Assembly (NCBI RefSeq): GCF_006345805.1
Contig: NC_043026.1
Coordinates: 13,929,579-13,993,578, forward strand
Origin: Octopus sinensis
Taxonomy: Eukaryota
Direction: 5' to 3'
DNA length: 64,000 nucleotides
Shown: positions 1 to 13,732 of the stretch, in pieces
Layout: each line of letters begins with the position of its first letter
Numbering within the stretch: the stretch's first letter is position 1
Translations under genes and position numbers: made by a program
Notes under the pieces: generated by a model
Databases searched by the model: none
What the model was told of the DNA's origin: nothing
The model's input: only the letters and a program-made list of their open reading frames with translations

Positions 1-112
1 TATATATATATATATATATATATTATATATCATCATCATCGTTTGGGACACCTTTGCTCAATCAAAACTGACCAAGGGCGATACAATAAATCAAGAACAT
101 CAACAAACTTAC

Positions 113-153
113 CTGCAATGAGGGCATTGAGATCTCTGCTCGGTGAGCCAGCG
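113..153 (-). CDS. TRIM37: TRIM37 E3 ubiquitin ligase, coding exon 3 (RING C-terminal part, RWLTEQRSQCPHCR)
   Basis: 41-nt exon, ctccAG acceptor and GTAAGT donor. Translation matches vertebrate TRIM37 RWLTEQRAQCPHCR and joins exon 2 in phase 0. Confidence 0.95.
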
Positions 154-345
154 CTGGAGGTAACAAGAAAAGAAAAATATATTATGAAAATACTTAAATC
201 AACAAAGCCAAAATTAGACATAGACATGTTGGCATTCTGTAAAACCTTGGCAGCAGTGATATGATTTTGCATATTTGCATGGATCAGGCAAAAAATATGG
301 TAAAGAAGATTTTTCTGCAGTCCAATGCATTTCTCATCAACAATA

Positions 346-510
346 GGCGCAGGAGTGGCTGTGTGGTAAGTAGCTTGCTAACCAACCACATGGTTCCGGG
401 TTCAGTCCTACTGCGTGGCACCTTGGGCAAGTGTCTTCTGCTATAGCCCCGGGCCGACCAATGTCTTGTGAGTGGATTTGGTAGACGGAAACTGAAAGAA
501 GCCTGTCGTA

Positions 511-547
<37 letters not shown>

Positions 548-760
548 ATATATATATATGTATGTGTGTCTGTCCCCCAGCATTGCTTGACAACCGATGC
601 TGGTGTGTTTACGTCCCCGTCACTTAGCGGTTCGGCAAAAAGAGACCGATAGAATAAGTACTGGGCTTACAAAGAATAAGTCCCGGGGTCGATTTGCTCG
701 ACTAAAGGCGGTGCTCCAGCATGGCCGCAGTCAAATGACCGAAACAAGTAAAAGAAAAAA
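346..760 (+). mobile_element. tRNA-derived SINE family A (ggcgcaggagtggctgtgtgg...gaaacaagtaaaag)
   Basis: tRNA-like head with A/B boxes, internal (TA)n and tandem (gtaaaaga) tail. More than 15 copies in the window. Confidence 0.9.
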
Positions 761-807
761 AAATTAAAGAAAAATTGTCACCTGTTTCCAAACATGGTAA
801 TATTTAA

Positions 808-1402
808 CCCTTTTGTTACTGTATTTCTTTTGAGATGCTCTGTGTTTCTTCCAATTAATTTTAAATATAACAAAGACTTCAGTAAAATAACTTGGTTATC
901 ATTAAGCTAGTGTTAGGAACATAAACTGTGACTAAGTATTGGTGGAAGATTTTAATTCAAAACTTATGAAAACAAGACATTTATACTACAGAGCCAGAGG
1001 TGGTTTCAGCCGGGTTGGTATCGAAAGGGTTAAAAACACCTCTACATTTGGGTAGACAGACATTAGAAGCAGTTGAAAGGGTGTGGATTGAAGGAAATTT
1101 AGGCTATTATTTCTAGCATATAGAGTGACCACATTGAGGTCTCCTTCTCTCATGTTTTCTGCTGATTATTTTTCTTCTTAACCCTTTGTTACCATATTTC
1201 TGTTGAGATGCTCTGTGTTTCTTTCAATTAGTTTTAAATATAACAAAGAATTTAGTAAAATAACTTGGTTATCATTCAGCTAATGTTAGGAACATAAATT
1301 GTGACTAAGGTTTGGTGGAAGATTTTAATTCAAAACTTTCAAAAACAAGATTTTTGTACTACAGAGCCAGAGGCGGTTTCAGGCGGGTTGGTAACGAAAG
1401 GG
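808..1402 (+). mobile_element. Two piggyBac-like TTAA MITEs (808-1029, 1182-1402) separated by a spacer
   Basis: TTAA-CCCT...AGGG-TTAA ends on both copies. Confidence 0.8.
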
Positions 1403-1405
1403 TTA

Positions 1406-1717
<312 letters not shown>

Positions 1718-1910
1718 CTAAAGAAAAAGAAAAATTAAGAAAATGTCTTTGATGATGACAACATAGAAAATTTTTAAAAATTCTTGGTCATAGGATAAAT
1801 TCAAGTAAAACATATCCTTAACTTCATAGCCAGTGTCTCCCACAAGTTAACTGATACACAGTAATACCCCACTTTATGAGACCCCCAAGTTTACAAGTTT
1901 TATAATATAA

Positions 1911-3100
1911 AAACCTGGGACGAGGTGGTGAAGCACGACCTTCGAACTTTAGGCCTCACTGAGGCAATGACCAGCGACTGAGACCTTTGGAAATATGCTG
2001 TGCGTGAGAAGACCAGGCAGGACAAGTGAGTCCAGCCCACTTATGCATGTCTTTCCTCCCTTGGACACACAAAGACCTGTTGAGGCAAGCGAAGTCAAAA
2101 TTGAACCTCATCCGACGACAGGCACCCATGCCAACCACCCTTCGTTGGACACTAAACTCTGCTTGCGAAGACCTGTTGGGGCAAGTGAAATCGAAATCGG
2201 AATCGAAATTGAACCAATCCTATGACTGGCACCCAGCAGTTGCCAGTGCCGCTGGACTGACTCCTGTGCAGGTGGCAAGTGAAGAAACACCATTTTGACC
2301 CTGTGCTTGAGGAAATCTATTGAGTCAAGTATACTGACATCAAAATCAATGGAAACTGCAGTTGTGATCCCTGAGCCGATGGTACGTAAACAGCCCCATC
2401 CGAAGGTGGCCGATGCCAGCGCCGCCTAGACTGGCTTCCGTGCCAGTGGCACGTAAAAAGTGCTATCCGAATCGTGGCCGATGCCAGCGCCACCTTGACT
2501 GGCTTCCATGCCGGTGGCACGTAAAAAGCACCAATCCAATCGTGGCCGTTGCCAGCCTCGCCTGGCACCTGTGCAGGTGGCACGTAAAAAGCACCCACTA
2601 CACTCACGGAGTGGTTGGCGTTAGGAAGGGCATCAAGCCGTAGAAACACTGCCAGATCAGACTGGAGCCTGGTGCAGCCTTCTGGCTTCCCAGACCCCGG
2701 TCGAACCGTCCAACCCATGCTAGCATGGAAAAAATATGCATATATATATATATATATAAAGCACCCACTACACTCATGGAGTGGTTGGCGTTAGGAAGGG
2801 CATCAAGCCGTAGAAACACTGCCAGATCAGACTGGAGCCTGGTGCAGCCTTCTGGCTTCCCAGATCCCCGGTCGAACCGTCCAACCCATGCTAGCATGGA
2901 AAAAATATGCATATATATATATATATAAAGCACCCACTACACTCATGGAGTGGTTGGCATTAGGAAGGGCATCCACCTGTAGAAACACTGCCAGATCAGA
3001 CTGGAGCCTGGTGCAGCCTTCTGGCTTCCCAGATCCCCGGTCGAACCGTCCAACCCATGCTAGCATGGAGAACGAACGTTAAACGATGATGATGATGATG
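1911..3100 (+). mobile_element. 5'-truncated RTE-clade LINE 3' end with triplicated 170-bp terminal segment
   Basis: ORF end TWDEVVKHDLRTLGLTEAMTSD*DLWKYAVREKT, then a UTR with about 60-bp subrepeats and a (GAT)n tail. The terminal unit starts at 2591, 2761 and 2930. Confidence 0.8.
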
Positions 3101-3367
3101 AAAAAAATTAAAGCGCAAGATCCAAATTTTAAACAAAGTGCAAAAGTTTCTACAACTATAACAAATGCAGATCTTGTTGCAGTTTTTGCGATTTCACGCT
3201 CGAATCCAGCCAGATTCAACAACCCTATAATCAAATACGTTCTCGCCATGACCACACTGTCATTTATTCACGACTGCATCATTCATCACACCTTTCTTTT
3301 TGTTTAACCCCAGGTCAGTTCTGATCCATCGGACCTATGACGAAAGGTGTTATTTCAACCAGAACTA

Positions 3368-3789
3368 GGATCTTTTCAGTTTGAACGGCAGATTTTCCTA
3401 GTGGTGTCATATGAAATTGTCACCCATAATTATGACCCTAGTATCGATCTATTGCATTTCAATCTATTTTAGGGCTAGGGTTAGGGTTAAGGGGGGAGGG
3501 TATCTTTTTTTCTTCACAAATGTAAATAAACCCAATCTGTTTCTTAAACGAGGGACATATTCATACGGCACAGAATGTTTTTTTTACCTCAATAGACGTC
3601 AGTGATTGGTTGAAATTGCAGAAATTGAAGAAAAAAAAACAACAAATATCTTACAAACCATAGAATTTTCTCAATAAAGCCAAGAGAAAAAGATGTTTTA
3701 TAAACACATTCTACCAGTATACGAAGTTAAAGAAATTTTTAGTTACCTAAAAATTATGTTAAAAACTGCCGTTCAAACAGAAAAGATCC
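3368..3789. mobile_element. hAT-type MITE
   Basis: TIR ggatcttttcagtttgaacggcag and exact 8-bp TSD cagaacta (3360-3367, 3790-3797). Confidence 0.88.
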
Positions 3790-3984
3790 CAGAACTATTT
3801 TGTCTTCTTTTCAAATATAGTGGATCTAGCATTATTCAATTCGTCCGTTCTTATTTTCAAGCGACCGACCAGAGGGTAATTTGACTGGTGTGACCTCGTT
3901 GTGATCTCTTACTTCGAGTCTATAAGCTACTGCAGTGCGAGTCTACACGAGACATTAAAGGACAGTCAACAAGACACACACACA

Positions 3985-4625
<641 letters not shown>

Positions 4626-4900
4626 AAAGCATATATATAGATATACATAAACACATGAGGCGAAGCAACTCGTAAGCGGTCGCCAGACATGCTAGAAACG
4701 TCTCTTAACTCGTAACTTATCGTCTTTAAAAATAAAATAAGGGAAGGACACACGTTAAATAAATGTGGTCCTAGTTCTTATACTGTCCGAATAAGAGGAA
4801 GGAATGGGCACGGTTGATAAATATTTGACAATGGTTTTGCTTCGTTACGGCTTACATGGAACTAAATAGTATTCTTACACACGGGTCCAGTGTCTAAGTG

Positions 4901-4940
<40 letters not shown>

Positions 4941-5150
4941 TATATATGTATGTATGTATATATACATACATATTCACACACGTGAAAATACATGTACTCA
5001 TCATACAATAAATATAAGTTAGAAACATATATATATATATATATATATATAATATAAAATTAATAAATTTTTTTGTGGAGAATGGCGATTTGACGTCTAT
5101 ATCTAGCATGTTGACTGTCCACTTTTCGTGTTCAGTCCTTAATTGGTATA

Positions 5151-5195
<45 letters not shown>

Positions 5196-5270
5196 GGCGA
5201 ATATTCGTTATAAATATCACAACCAGTGACCCAGCATGTATAAATTGTCAATAGACATCATATTCATATT

Positions 5271-5876
5271 TTAAAATAGAAAATTACCCCTTGACAGGTA
5301 ATTTCTACATGCTAGAAATAGCAGCCAACACGGCCAAAAAACCACAATTTTATAGCAAATTTCGAAGTAAATGAAAAATAAAAACTTTTACCTCGAAATT
5401 TTCTATTAAATCGTGGTTTTGGCCGTGTTGGCTGCTATTTCTAGCATGTAAAGATATTTATATTCTAAAATAGAAAATTACCGTTTAACAGGTAATCTTT
5501 ACATGCTAGAAATAGCAGCCAACACGGCCAAAACCACGATTTAATAGCAAATTTCAAGGTAAAAGTTTTATTTTTCATTTACTTCGTAATTTGCCAGAAA
5601 ATTGTGGCTTTGGCCGTGTTGCCTGCTATTTCTAGCATGTAAAGATTACCTGTTAAAGGGTAATTTTCTATTATAAAAAATATATGAATATCTTTACATG
5701 CTAGAAATAGCAGCCAACAACGGCCAAAGCCACGATTTAATAGCAAATTTCGAAGTAAATGAAAAATAAAAACTTTTACCTCGAAATTTGCTATAAAATT
5801 GTGGTTTTGGTCGTGTTGCCTGCTATTTCTAACATGTAAAAATTACCTGTTAAAGGGTAATTTTCTACTTTAAAAT
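5271..5876. repeat. Nested palindromic array of three hairpin units of about 170 bp
   Basis: Arms acatgctagaaatagcagccaacacggcc and its complement; loop orientation alternates. Confidence 0.88.
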
Positions 5877-5885
5877 ACGTATATA

Positions 5886-5930
<45 letters not shown>

Positions 5931-6027
5931 CTCCCTTTTAAGTAGAAAGAATAGCCAAAACTCTTTGACTGCTATTTCTAAATTCGGTGTGTGGTGAGGC
6001 AAATCGTTGCTAAACCCTTAATTACTT

Positions 6028-6095
<68 letters not shown>

Positions 6096-6187
6096 TAGGG
6101 TAGTGAAGGTTCGGCTTTTTATAAAGTTTTGGCCACATGTATGGAGAGGATCTCTCCGTTTCTGGTCTATATAGAGTTATGACTTAC

Positions 6188-6241
6188 CTCCACTGTGTGT
6201 TCTTCCAGTCTTTTCTCATTCTTCACGCCTCCCGAAGCCAT
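6188..6241 (-). CDS. TRIM37: TRIM37 first coding exon (MASGGVKNEKRLEEHTVE)
   Basis: ATG at 6241, 18 codons ending EEHTVE (cf. human MDEQSVE), followed by a GTAAGT donor in phase 0. Confidence 0.85.
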
Positions 6242-6933
6242 GATATATATCTGACCCCTTTGAGAAGGGGGCACGGCCCCTGAAATCAACAACCTATAAC
6301 AACCACACACCCATATATATATATATATATATGTATATATATGTAAACAAACACACTATCACACACCACTTATATATATATGTATGTATACATATAGACA
6401 CGCATCGGTCTTGGCTGTGCCATACATACGTATATATACATATAAATAAATATATATAATATATAAATATATATATGTGTATATAATATATATTTATATA
6501 TAATACATATATAAACACCCTCTCTCACTCTTGACAACTCTGAGAAGGACAAACGATAATACTGCTTTGCGATTGGTCAATATTTTCTCTCTCTCTCCTC
6601 CACTATATGTATTTTAATTTTTGCCGTAAGTTTGTGTGAAAATGTTCTTAAAAATACATATTTATTTAAATTTATGCTGTCTTATATTTATTTATTTATT
6701 TGTAGAAATAAAATGCAAAGTTATAAATCAGTCTTGTTATTTTTCCCCGTAAATTTTTATTTTAAGAGAAAAAAACGTCTTAAGTTATGTCCCTTGACGT
6801 TCCGAGTTCGAATCGCGCTGACGTTCGCTTTGGCTCTTCATTCATTTATGATATCTGCCCCCCGTTGAGAGGGGCACAGCCCCTGAAATCGATGACCTAT
6901 AACAACCACACACACACACACACACATATATAT

Positions 6934-6971
<38 letters not shown>

Positions 6972-7405
6972 GCAATCTTTCGTCTCTAGTAGACCTTTCC
7001 GTCGATTTCCGTAAAAAAAATATTTTTTTTTACATATGGGCTTGCGGGAACTTTTGAAGTAATGAGAGCGAAAGAGACTAAGAGAAAGCGATTGTATGAC
7101 GAGGGAAGTTCTTTTGAAGTTACCGTGCATGGGAAGCATTGATGGACATGTGTGTGTGTGTGTGTTTGATGGGGTGTGGGAGACAGACAGAATGTTGTGT
7201 AAGTGAAGTGCTTCTGTTAGTGTGTGTGAAGAGACAGAGTAATGTGTGAAAGAAAGAGATAACTGAAATTTTTTACTCGGTGTATGTGTATATGTATGTA
7301 TATTACTTCAAAAGTTCCCGCAAGCCCATATGTAAAAAAAATTTTTTTTTTACGGAAATCGACGGAAAGGTCTACTAGAGACGAAAGATCGATCGCCTAT
7401 AAATA

Positions 7406-7447
<42 letters not shown>

Positions 7448-7770
7448 ATATAATATATATTTATATATAATACATATATAAACAGCTCTCACTCTTGACA
7501 ACTCTGAGAAGGACAAACAGTAATACTGCTTCGCGATTGGTCAATATTTTTCTCTCTCCTCCACTACAATTATTTAAGTTGTGCCGTAAATTTGTATGAA
7601 AATGTTCTTAAAAATACATATTTATTTGTAGAAGTAAAATGCAAAGTTATAAATCAGTCTGTTATTTTTCCCGTAAAATTTTATTTGAAGAGAAAAACGT
7701 CTTAAGTTATGTCCCTTGACGTTCCGAGTTCGAATCGCGCTGACGTTCGCTTTGGCTCTTCGTTCATTTT
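6242..7770. repeat. Tandem duplication of about 600 bp immediately upstream of the TRIM37 ATG
   Basis: 6242-6848 matches 6849-7770 after removing the MITE at 6971-7397. Confidence 0.8.
6971..7397. mobile_element. Mutator-like MITE with about 90-bp TIRs
   Basis: ggcaatctttcgtctctagtagacc... inverted at both ends; second copy at 9871-10294. Confidence 0.8.
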
Positions 7771-7891
7771 TGTCTATGGGTCGATGTCATTAAGTATCAG
7801 TACGCAGGTTTTCGTAATTGATATAACCGACTGTATCCTCCTACAAAGTTTGAGGTCTTGTGTCTGTTTCAGGTAGGAATATAAGCCTACT

Positions 7892-8277
7892 AGTGGAGGC
7901 GCAATGGCCCAGTGGTTAGGGCAGCGGACTCGCGGTCATAGGATCGTGGTTTCGATTCCCAGACCGGGCGTTGTGAGTGTTTATTGAGTGAAAACACCTA
8001 AAAGCTCCATGATGCTCCGGCAGGGTATGGTGGTGATCCCTGCTGTACTCTTTCACCACAACTTTCTCTCGCTCTTACTTCCTGTTTCTGTTGTACCTGT
8101 ATTTCAAGGGGCCGGCCTTGTCACTCTCTGTGTCACGCTGAATATCCCCGAGAACTACGTTAAGGGTACACGTGTCTGTGGAGTGCTCAGCCACTTACAC
8201 GTTAATTTCACGAGCAGGCTGTTCCGTTGATTCGGATCAACCGGAACCCTCGTCGTCGTAACCGACGGAGTGCTTCC
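7892..8277 (+). mobile_element. tRNA-derived SINE family C
   Basis: tRNA-like head (ggcgcaatggcccagtggttagg...gtttcgattccc) and 11-bp TSD ataagcctact. Confidence 0.88.
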
Positions 8278-8472
8278 ATAAGCCTACTGAGATTTCCAGA
8301 ACTGTGAGAAGGTGTGGCCGCCCTTCTTCAGATTTTTGACAGTGTTGTAGTTCTGACATCAGTGAATACCAATACTGAACGTCGGCAATTTCCTATTTGA
8401 CGTTCGTAAAACCACAGTGGTCTAAAATATTTATTTCAATAAAACGGGTAAAACGTGAGGGGAAAAAAGTTG

Positions 8473-8890
8473 GGATCTTTTCGGTTTGAACGGCAGCTTT
8501 CAACATAATTTTTAGGTAACTAAAAAATTTTGAACTTCGTATACTGGTAGAATGTGTTTATAAAACATCTTTTTCTCTTGGCTTTATTGAGAAAATTCCA
8601 TATTTTGTAAGATATTTGTTGTTGTTTTTCTTCAATTTCTGCAATTTCAACCAATCAATGACGTCTATTGAGCTGAAAACATTCTGTGCCATATGAATAT
8701 GTCCCTCGTTTAAGAAACAGATTGGGTTTATTTACATTTGTGAAGAAAAAAAAAGATATCCTTCCCCTCACCCCTAACTCTAACCCTAAAACAGATTGAA
8801 ATGCAATAGATCGATACTCGGGTCATAATTATGGGTGACAATTTCATATGACACCGCTAGAAAAAACTGCCGTTCAAACAGAAATGATCC
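8473..8890. mobile_element. hAT-type MITE, same family, opposite orientation
   Basis: Same TIRs; 8-bp TSD aaaagttg/acaagttg with one mismatch. Confidence 0.85.
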
Positions 8891-9044
8891 ACAAGTTGAT
8901 CTTATTTCGAAGCGTTTCACCCTGGGCACATCTGATAATTCTTCAACAATCCACAACGGGCACCCCAAGCAATACAAGTCAAAATCTATCTGAGAAAGGC
9001 CGAGCCAGTGTCGTAATGTCTTTCATTGATTATCTACTGATCTG

Positions 9045-9625
9045 TTGGGCAGAAACGTTAGCACACCGGGCGAAATGCTTAGCGGTATTTCGTCTGTCGT
9101 TACGTTCTGAGTTCAAATTCCGCCGAGGTCGACTTTGCCTTTCATCCTTTCAGGGTCGATTAAATAAGTACCAGTTTCGCACTGGGTCGATGTAATCAAC
9201 TTAATCCATTTGTCTGTCCTTGTTTGTCCTCTCTATGTTTAGCCCCTTGTGGGTAGTAAAGAAATAGGTATTTCATCTGCTGTTACGTTCTGAGTTCAAA
9301 TTCCGCCGAGGTCCACTTTGCCTTTCATCCTTTCGGGGTCGATAAATTAAGTACCAGTTACGCACTGGGGTCGGCATAATCGACTTAATCCGTTTGTTTG
9401 TCCTCTCTATGTTTAGCCCCTTGTGGGTAGTAAAGAAATAGGTATTTCATCTGCTGTTACGTTCTGAGTTCAAATTCCGCCGAGGTCCACTTTGCCTTTC
9501 ATCCTTTCGGGGTCGATAAATTAAGTACCAGTTACGCACTGGGGTCGGCATAATCGACTTAATCCGTTTGTTTGTCCCCTCTATGTTTAGCCCCTTGTGG
9601 GCAGTAAAGAAATAGGTATTTCGTT
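9045..9625 (+). mobile_element. SINE family B with the internal segment repeated three times
   Basis: gaggtcgactttgcctttcatcctttcggggtcgat unit with a period of about 180 bp. Confidence 0.85.
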
Positions 9626-9781
9626 GGGATTCACAAAACGAGGGGTGTGGGCAGAGTGTTTACGAGACATGCTTAATCCAGTTGAAATTGAAACTAAAGC
9701 AAATTCGATTTCACGAACGTCAAATCGAAAATTATCCTGACCATCAGACATATTAAATGTTTTCAGAGGTGCACTGCCTTC

Positions 9782-10612
9782 AGATTTTTTCGGTTTGAAC
9801 GGCAGTTTTTTTCTAGCGGTGTCATATGAAATTGTCACCCATAATTGTGACCCTAGTATCTATCTATTGCAGCAATCTTTCGTCTCTAGTAGACCTTTCC
9901 GTCGATTTCCGTAAAAAACTTCTTTTTTTTTACATATGGGCTTGCGGGAACTTTTGAAGTAATGAGAGCGAAAGAGACTAAGAGAAAGCGATTGTATGAC
10001 GAGGGAAGTTCTTTTGAAGTTACCGTGCATGTGAAGCATTGATGTACATGTGTGTGTGTGTGTGTTTGATGGGGTGTGGGAGACAGACAGTATGTTGTGT
10101 AAGTGAAGTGCTTCTGTTAGTGTGTGTGAAGAGACAGAGTAATGTGTGAAAGAAAGAGATAACTGAAATTTTTTACTCGGTGTATGTGTATATGTATGTA
10201 TATTACTTCAAAAGTTCCCGCAAGCCCATATGTAAAAAAAAAATTTTTTTTTACGGAAATCGACGGAAAGGTCTACTAGAGACGAAAGATCGCCATCTAT
10301 TGCATTTCAATCTGTTTTAGGGTTAGGGTTAGGGGTGGGGGGAAGGGTATCTGTTTTTTTTCACAAATGTAAATAAACCCAATCTGTTTATTAAACGAGG
10401 GACATATTCATACAGCGCAGACGTCAGTGATTGGTTGAAATTGCAGAAATTGAAGAAAAAAAACAACAAATATCTTACAAACCATAGAATTTTCTCAATA
10501 AAGCCAAGAGAAAAAGATGTTTTATAAACACATTCTACCAGTATACGAAGTTTAAAATTTTTTAGTTACCTAGAAATTATGTTAAAAACTGCCGTTCAAA
10601 CCAAAAAGATCT
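9782..10612. mobile_element. hAT-type MITE carrying a nested Mutator-like MITE
   Basis: Family sequence split at 9870/10295. Confidence 0.8.
9871..10294. mobile_element. Mutator-like MITE, second copy
   Basis: 9-bp TSD atctattgc (9862-9870, 10295-10303). Confidence 0.85.
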
Positions 10613-10904
10613 TCAAATCCTATTCAAAACAAACACTAATTTGAGCCATTAACTCCCTATAATAAAACTGCAAACTTCAAACCCTAGTCAGAAGCAAGAC
10701 ATTTGCGACATAAGCCACGTCTTTCTATTTGAATTTTTTGAAAATCTGTGTAAACTGTGAAACCGGTTAAAGCTTCAAATGTTTTAATAAAAAATATTTT
10801 AACTATTCTCAGTGCATTTTCAACTTCTATTTTTCCTATATTTCTACCCATGTGGAATAAAATAACTTTGTATATATATATATATATATATATCATCATC
10901 ATCA

Positions 10905-11280
10905 TCATCTTTTAACGTCGATTTTCCATGCTGGTTGGACGGTTCAACTGGGGTCTGGGAAGCCAAGAGGCTGCACCAGGCTCCAGTCTGATCTAGCAGT
11001 GTTTCTACAGCAGGATGCCCTTCCTAGCACCAACCACTCCGTGAATGTAGTGGGTGCTTTTTACGTGCCACCAGCACAGGGGCCAGAGGAGGCTGGAAAC
11101 GTCCATGATTGGTCAAGGCGGCGCTGGCATCGGCCATATTCTGATGGTGTTTTTCACGTGCCACTGGCACGGGTATCACAACTACAATTTCCATTTGATT
11201 TTTATTTTGATGTTGATGTACTTGACTCAGTAGGTCTCCTCAAGCACAGCAGGTCACCCTACGATCCAAGGTAAGTACCG
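10905..11280 (-). mobile_element. RTE 3' UTR copy
   Basis: (CAT)n tail plus ggatgcccttcc...tttttacgtgcc homology to 2400-3100. Confidence 0.8.
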
Positions 11281-11519
11281 ATTTCCATCGACCAATTGCC
11301 CTGCCAAGGCTTGCTCAGTCAAGGGCTCTACTAGAAGATACTTGCCCAAAGTTCCATGCAGTGGCACTGAATCCAAAACCATGTAGTAGGGAAGCAAACA
11401 TTTCACCACACAGCCATGCTGCTCCTAAATAACTCTTGGACTAAAGTCTATGCTGTGTCATAGACTCATTCAAACACACCAATCACCCATCCTTTTGTAT
11501 CATATCATAAATATATCTG

Positions 11520-12115
11520 TTTCTTTATTACCCACAAGGGCTAAACATAGAAGGGACAAACAAAGACAGACAAACGGATTAAGTCGACTATATCGACCCT
11601 AGTGCATAACTGGTACTTAATTTATCGACCCTGAAAGGATGAAAGGCAAAGTCGACATCGGCGGAATTTGAATTCACAACGTAACAGCAGACGAAATACC
11701 TATTCCTTTACTACCCACAAGGGGCTAAACACAAAGGGGACAAAGACAGACAAATGGATTAAATCGATTACATCGACACCCCAGTGCATTACTGGTACTC
11801 AATTTATCGACTCTGAAAGGATGACAGGCAAAGTCAACCTCGGCGGAATTTGAACTCAGAACGTAACAGCAGATGAAATACCTATTTCTTTACTACCCAC
11901 AAGGGGCTAAACACAGAGGGGACAAACAAAGACAGACAAAAGGATTAAGTCGATTATATTGAACCCAGTGCATAACTGGTACTTAATTCATCGACCCTGA
12001 AAGGATGAATGGCAAAGTCGACTGCGGCGGAATTTGAACTCAGAAAGTAACGGGAAACGAAATACGGGTACGCATTTCGCCCGGCGTGCTAACGTTTCTG
12101 CCAGCTCGCCGCCTT
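11520..12115 (-). mobile_element. SINE B, three tandem units
   Basis: Same architecture as 9045-9625. Confidence 0.85.
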
Positions 12116-12911
12116 TCATATCATAAATATATCTTGGACCGAAATCGTAGCTTCATCATGGACTCATCCAAAACTAACTTGGTCTCTCTTCCTTATTCTA
12201 TGTGATGTCATAAACATGCAAATGACTTAAACCATGTGACATGAATTTTTCTAAATCTATCCAATTTCTAAACTTCCAAAAAAAAAAAAGAAAAAAAGAA
12301 AAAACTTTCCCATCGACCTTATAAATTAACCCCCATTTTCCTCAAAATAACCACAGCCACCACACATTATTTTTAGTGGTTAAGATCTACTTCAGGCTTA
12401 AACCTTGGGACTTTATATTATACAGTCATAATTGTTCAAATGTTTTTCTAAATATCTTTTCATTTCTCTTATTGTCAACATGTTATTCCAGCTGGCCATT
12501 GTGACTTGCAGCCACTATAGGCCCGTGTGTCGCGTCCAAACACTATCAGATGATATAATAATAAATTGAAAAAATCGGATGAAAATTGCAAGAAAGCTGA
12601 AGAGAGTCTGGAAACAACGTCCCAAAACGTGGATCAGAACTTGAACATCTGGCAGAAAGTCAAGAAGTTGTTTAATGCCCAGTTTTCGTGTTTTCAATGG
12701 AATTCTTCCCCTGTAGAAGTTCTTGATGGACAAGTTTTAAACACTCATGCCAAAGAATCAATGACCCATTTTGCATTGAGCAATAAATAAAAGGCGCATT
12801 GGAGAAGGTGGTACCAAAGTTGTTGTTATTCTTGTTCAGCTCTATATCTACCCCAATCCAGCCATGAACACCTTGTCTTTTATTCAGACATAGTGTATCT
12901 GGCATCTCCAT

Positions 12912-13430
12912 CTGTGTTGTCCTTGTTGTGGTAGTTTCCCATATATTTGCATTTTGGTTGGATGACGCTTCCACGAGAGATTTTGAGCTCTCATCACCAT
13001 CATCATTGTTCGACCGTGGTCGAGACAATGGAATTTACCATGCTACGCCAGACTTCACGGTCCATCATAGCATTACGGAGGTCCTGTTGCTGGATGCCTG
13101 TATGCCTGGAGATTACATCAGGGTAGGAGAATGTGCGCCCTCTGGTATCGCGAGTAGATGGCTTCCAGAGGAGAAGAGTAAGAAATTACTTCTTTTTCAG
13201 CTCTACAACAGTGTCCAGCAAACTGGACTCTCCTACGTTTCACAAGAGATGACACAGGTGGTAGTTTCCCATATATTTGCATTTTGGTTGGATGGCGCTT
13301 CCACAGGAGATTTTGAGCTCTCATAAGGAGGCGAGTGTAAGTTCCATCCAACCGCCTCTCAAGCTTCTTTGATAATGTCCAGGTTTCTGAGCCATATAGT
13401 AGAATTGGTTCAACTGTGGCTTTGAAAATT
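12912..13430 (-). mobile_element. RTE-type LINE RT C-terminal fragment (second family), with a partial internal duplication
   Basis: Translation DGTYTRLLMRAQNL..HPTKMQIYGKLPPVSSLVKRRRVQFAGHCCRAE, homologous to 50085-50700. Confidence 0.8.
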
Positions 13431-13732
13431 TTAAATTTTAAATCTCTACTTAGATTTGATGACCAGATCTTATGTATATCATTACCCCTCTCCTACCCTG
13501 ATGTAATCTCCAGGGATACTCTGACACAAAGCTACAGATGTACACACACACACACACAATGGGATTCTTTCAGTTTCCACTTACCAAATCCACTTGCAAG
13601 GCTCTGGTTAGCCTGAGGTCATAACAGAAGATACGTGCCCAAGGAGTCACGCAGTGGGATTGAACCCGGAACGACGTGGGTGGGATACAAATGTCTTATC
13701 ACACAGCCACAGCTGTGTCTACACACATACAT

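Noticed and set aside
7897-7970. tRNA gene
   Set aside because: It is the tRNA-like head of a SINE with a TSD and a 300-bp body, and has no proper acceptor stem or terminator.
12566-12790. 74-aa non-repetitive ORF (KKSDENCKKAEES...)
   Set aside because: It has no ATG, the nearest acceptor gives stops in all phases, and no family is recognisable. A decayed exon cannot be excluded without a database search.
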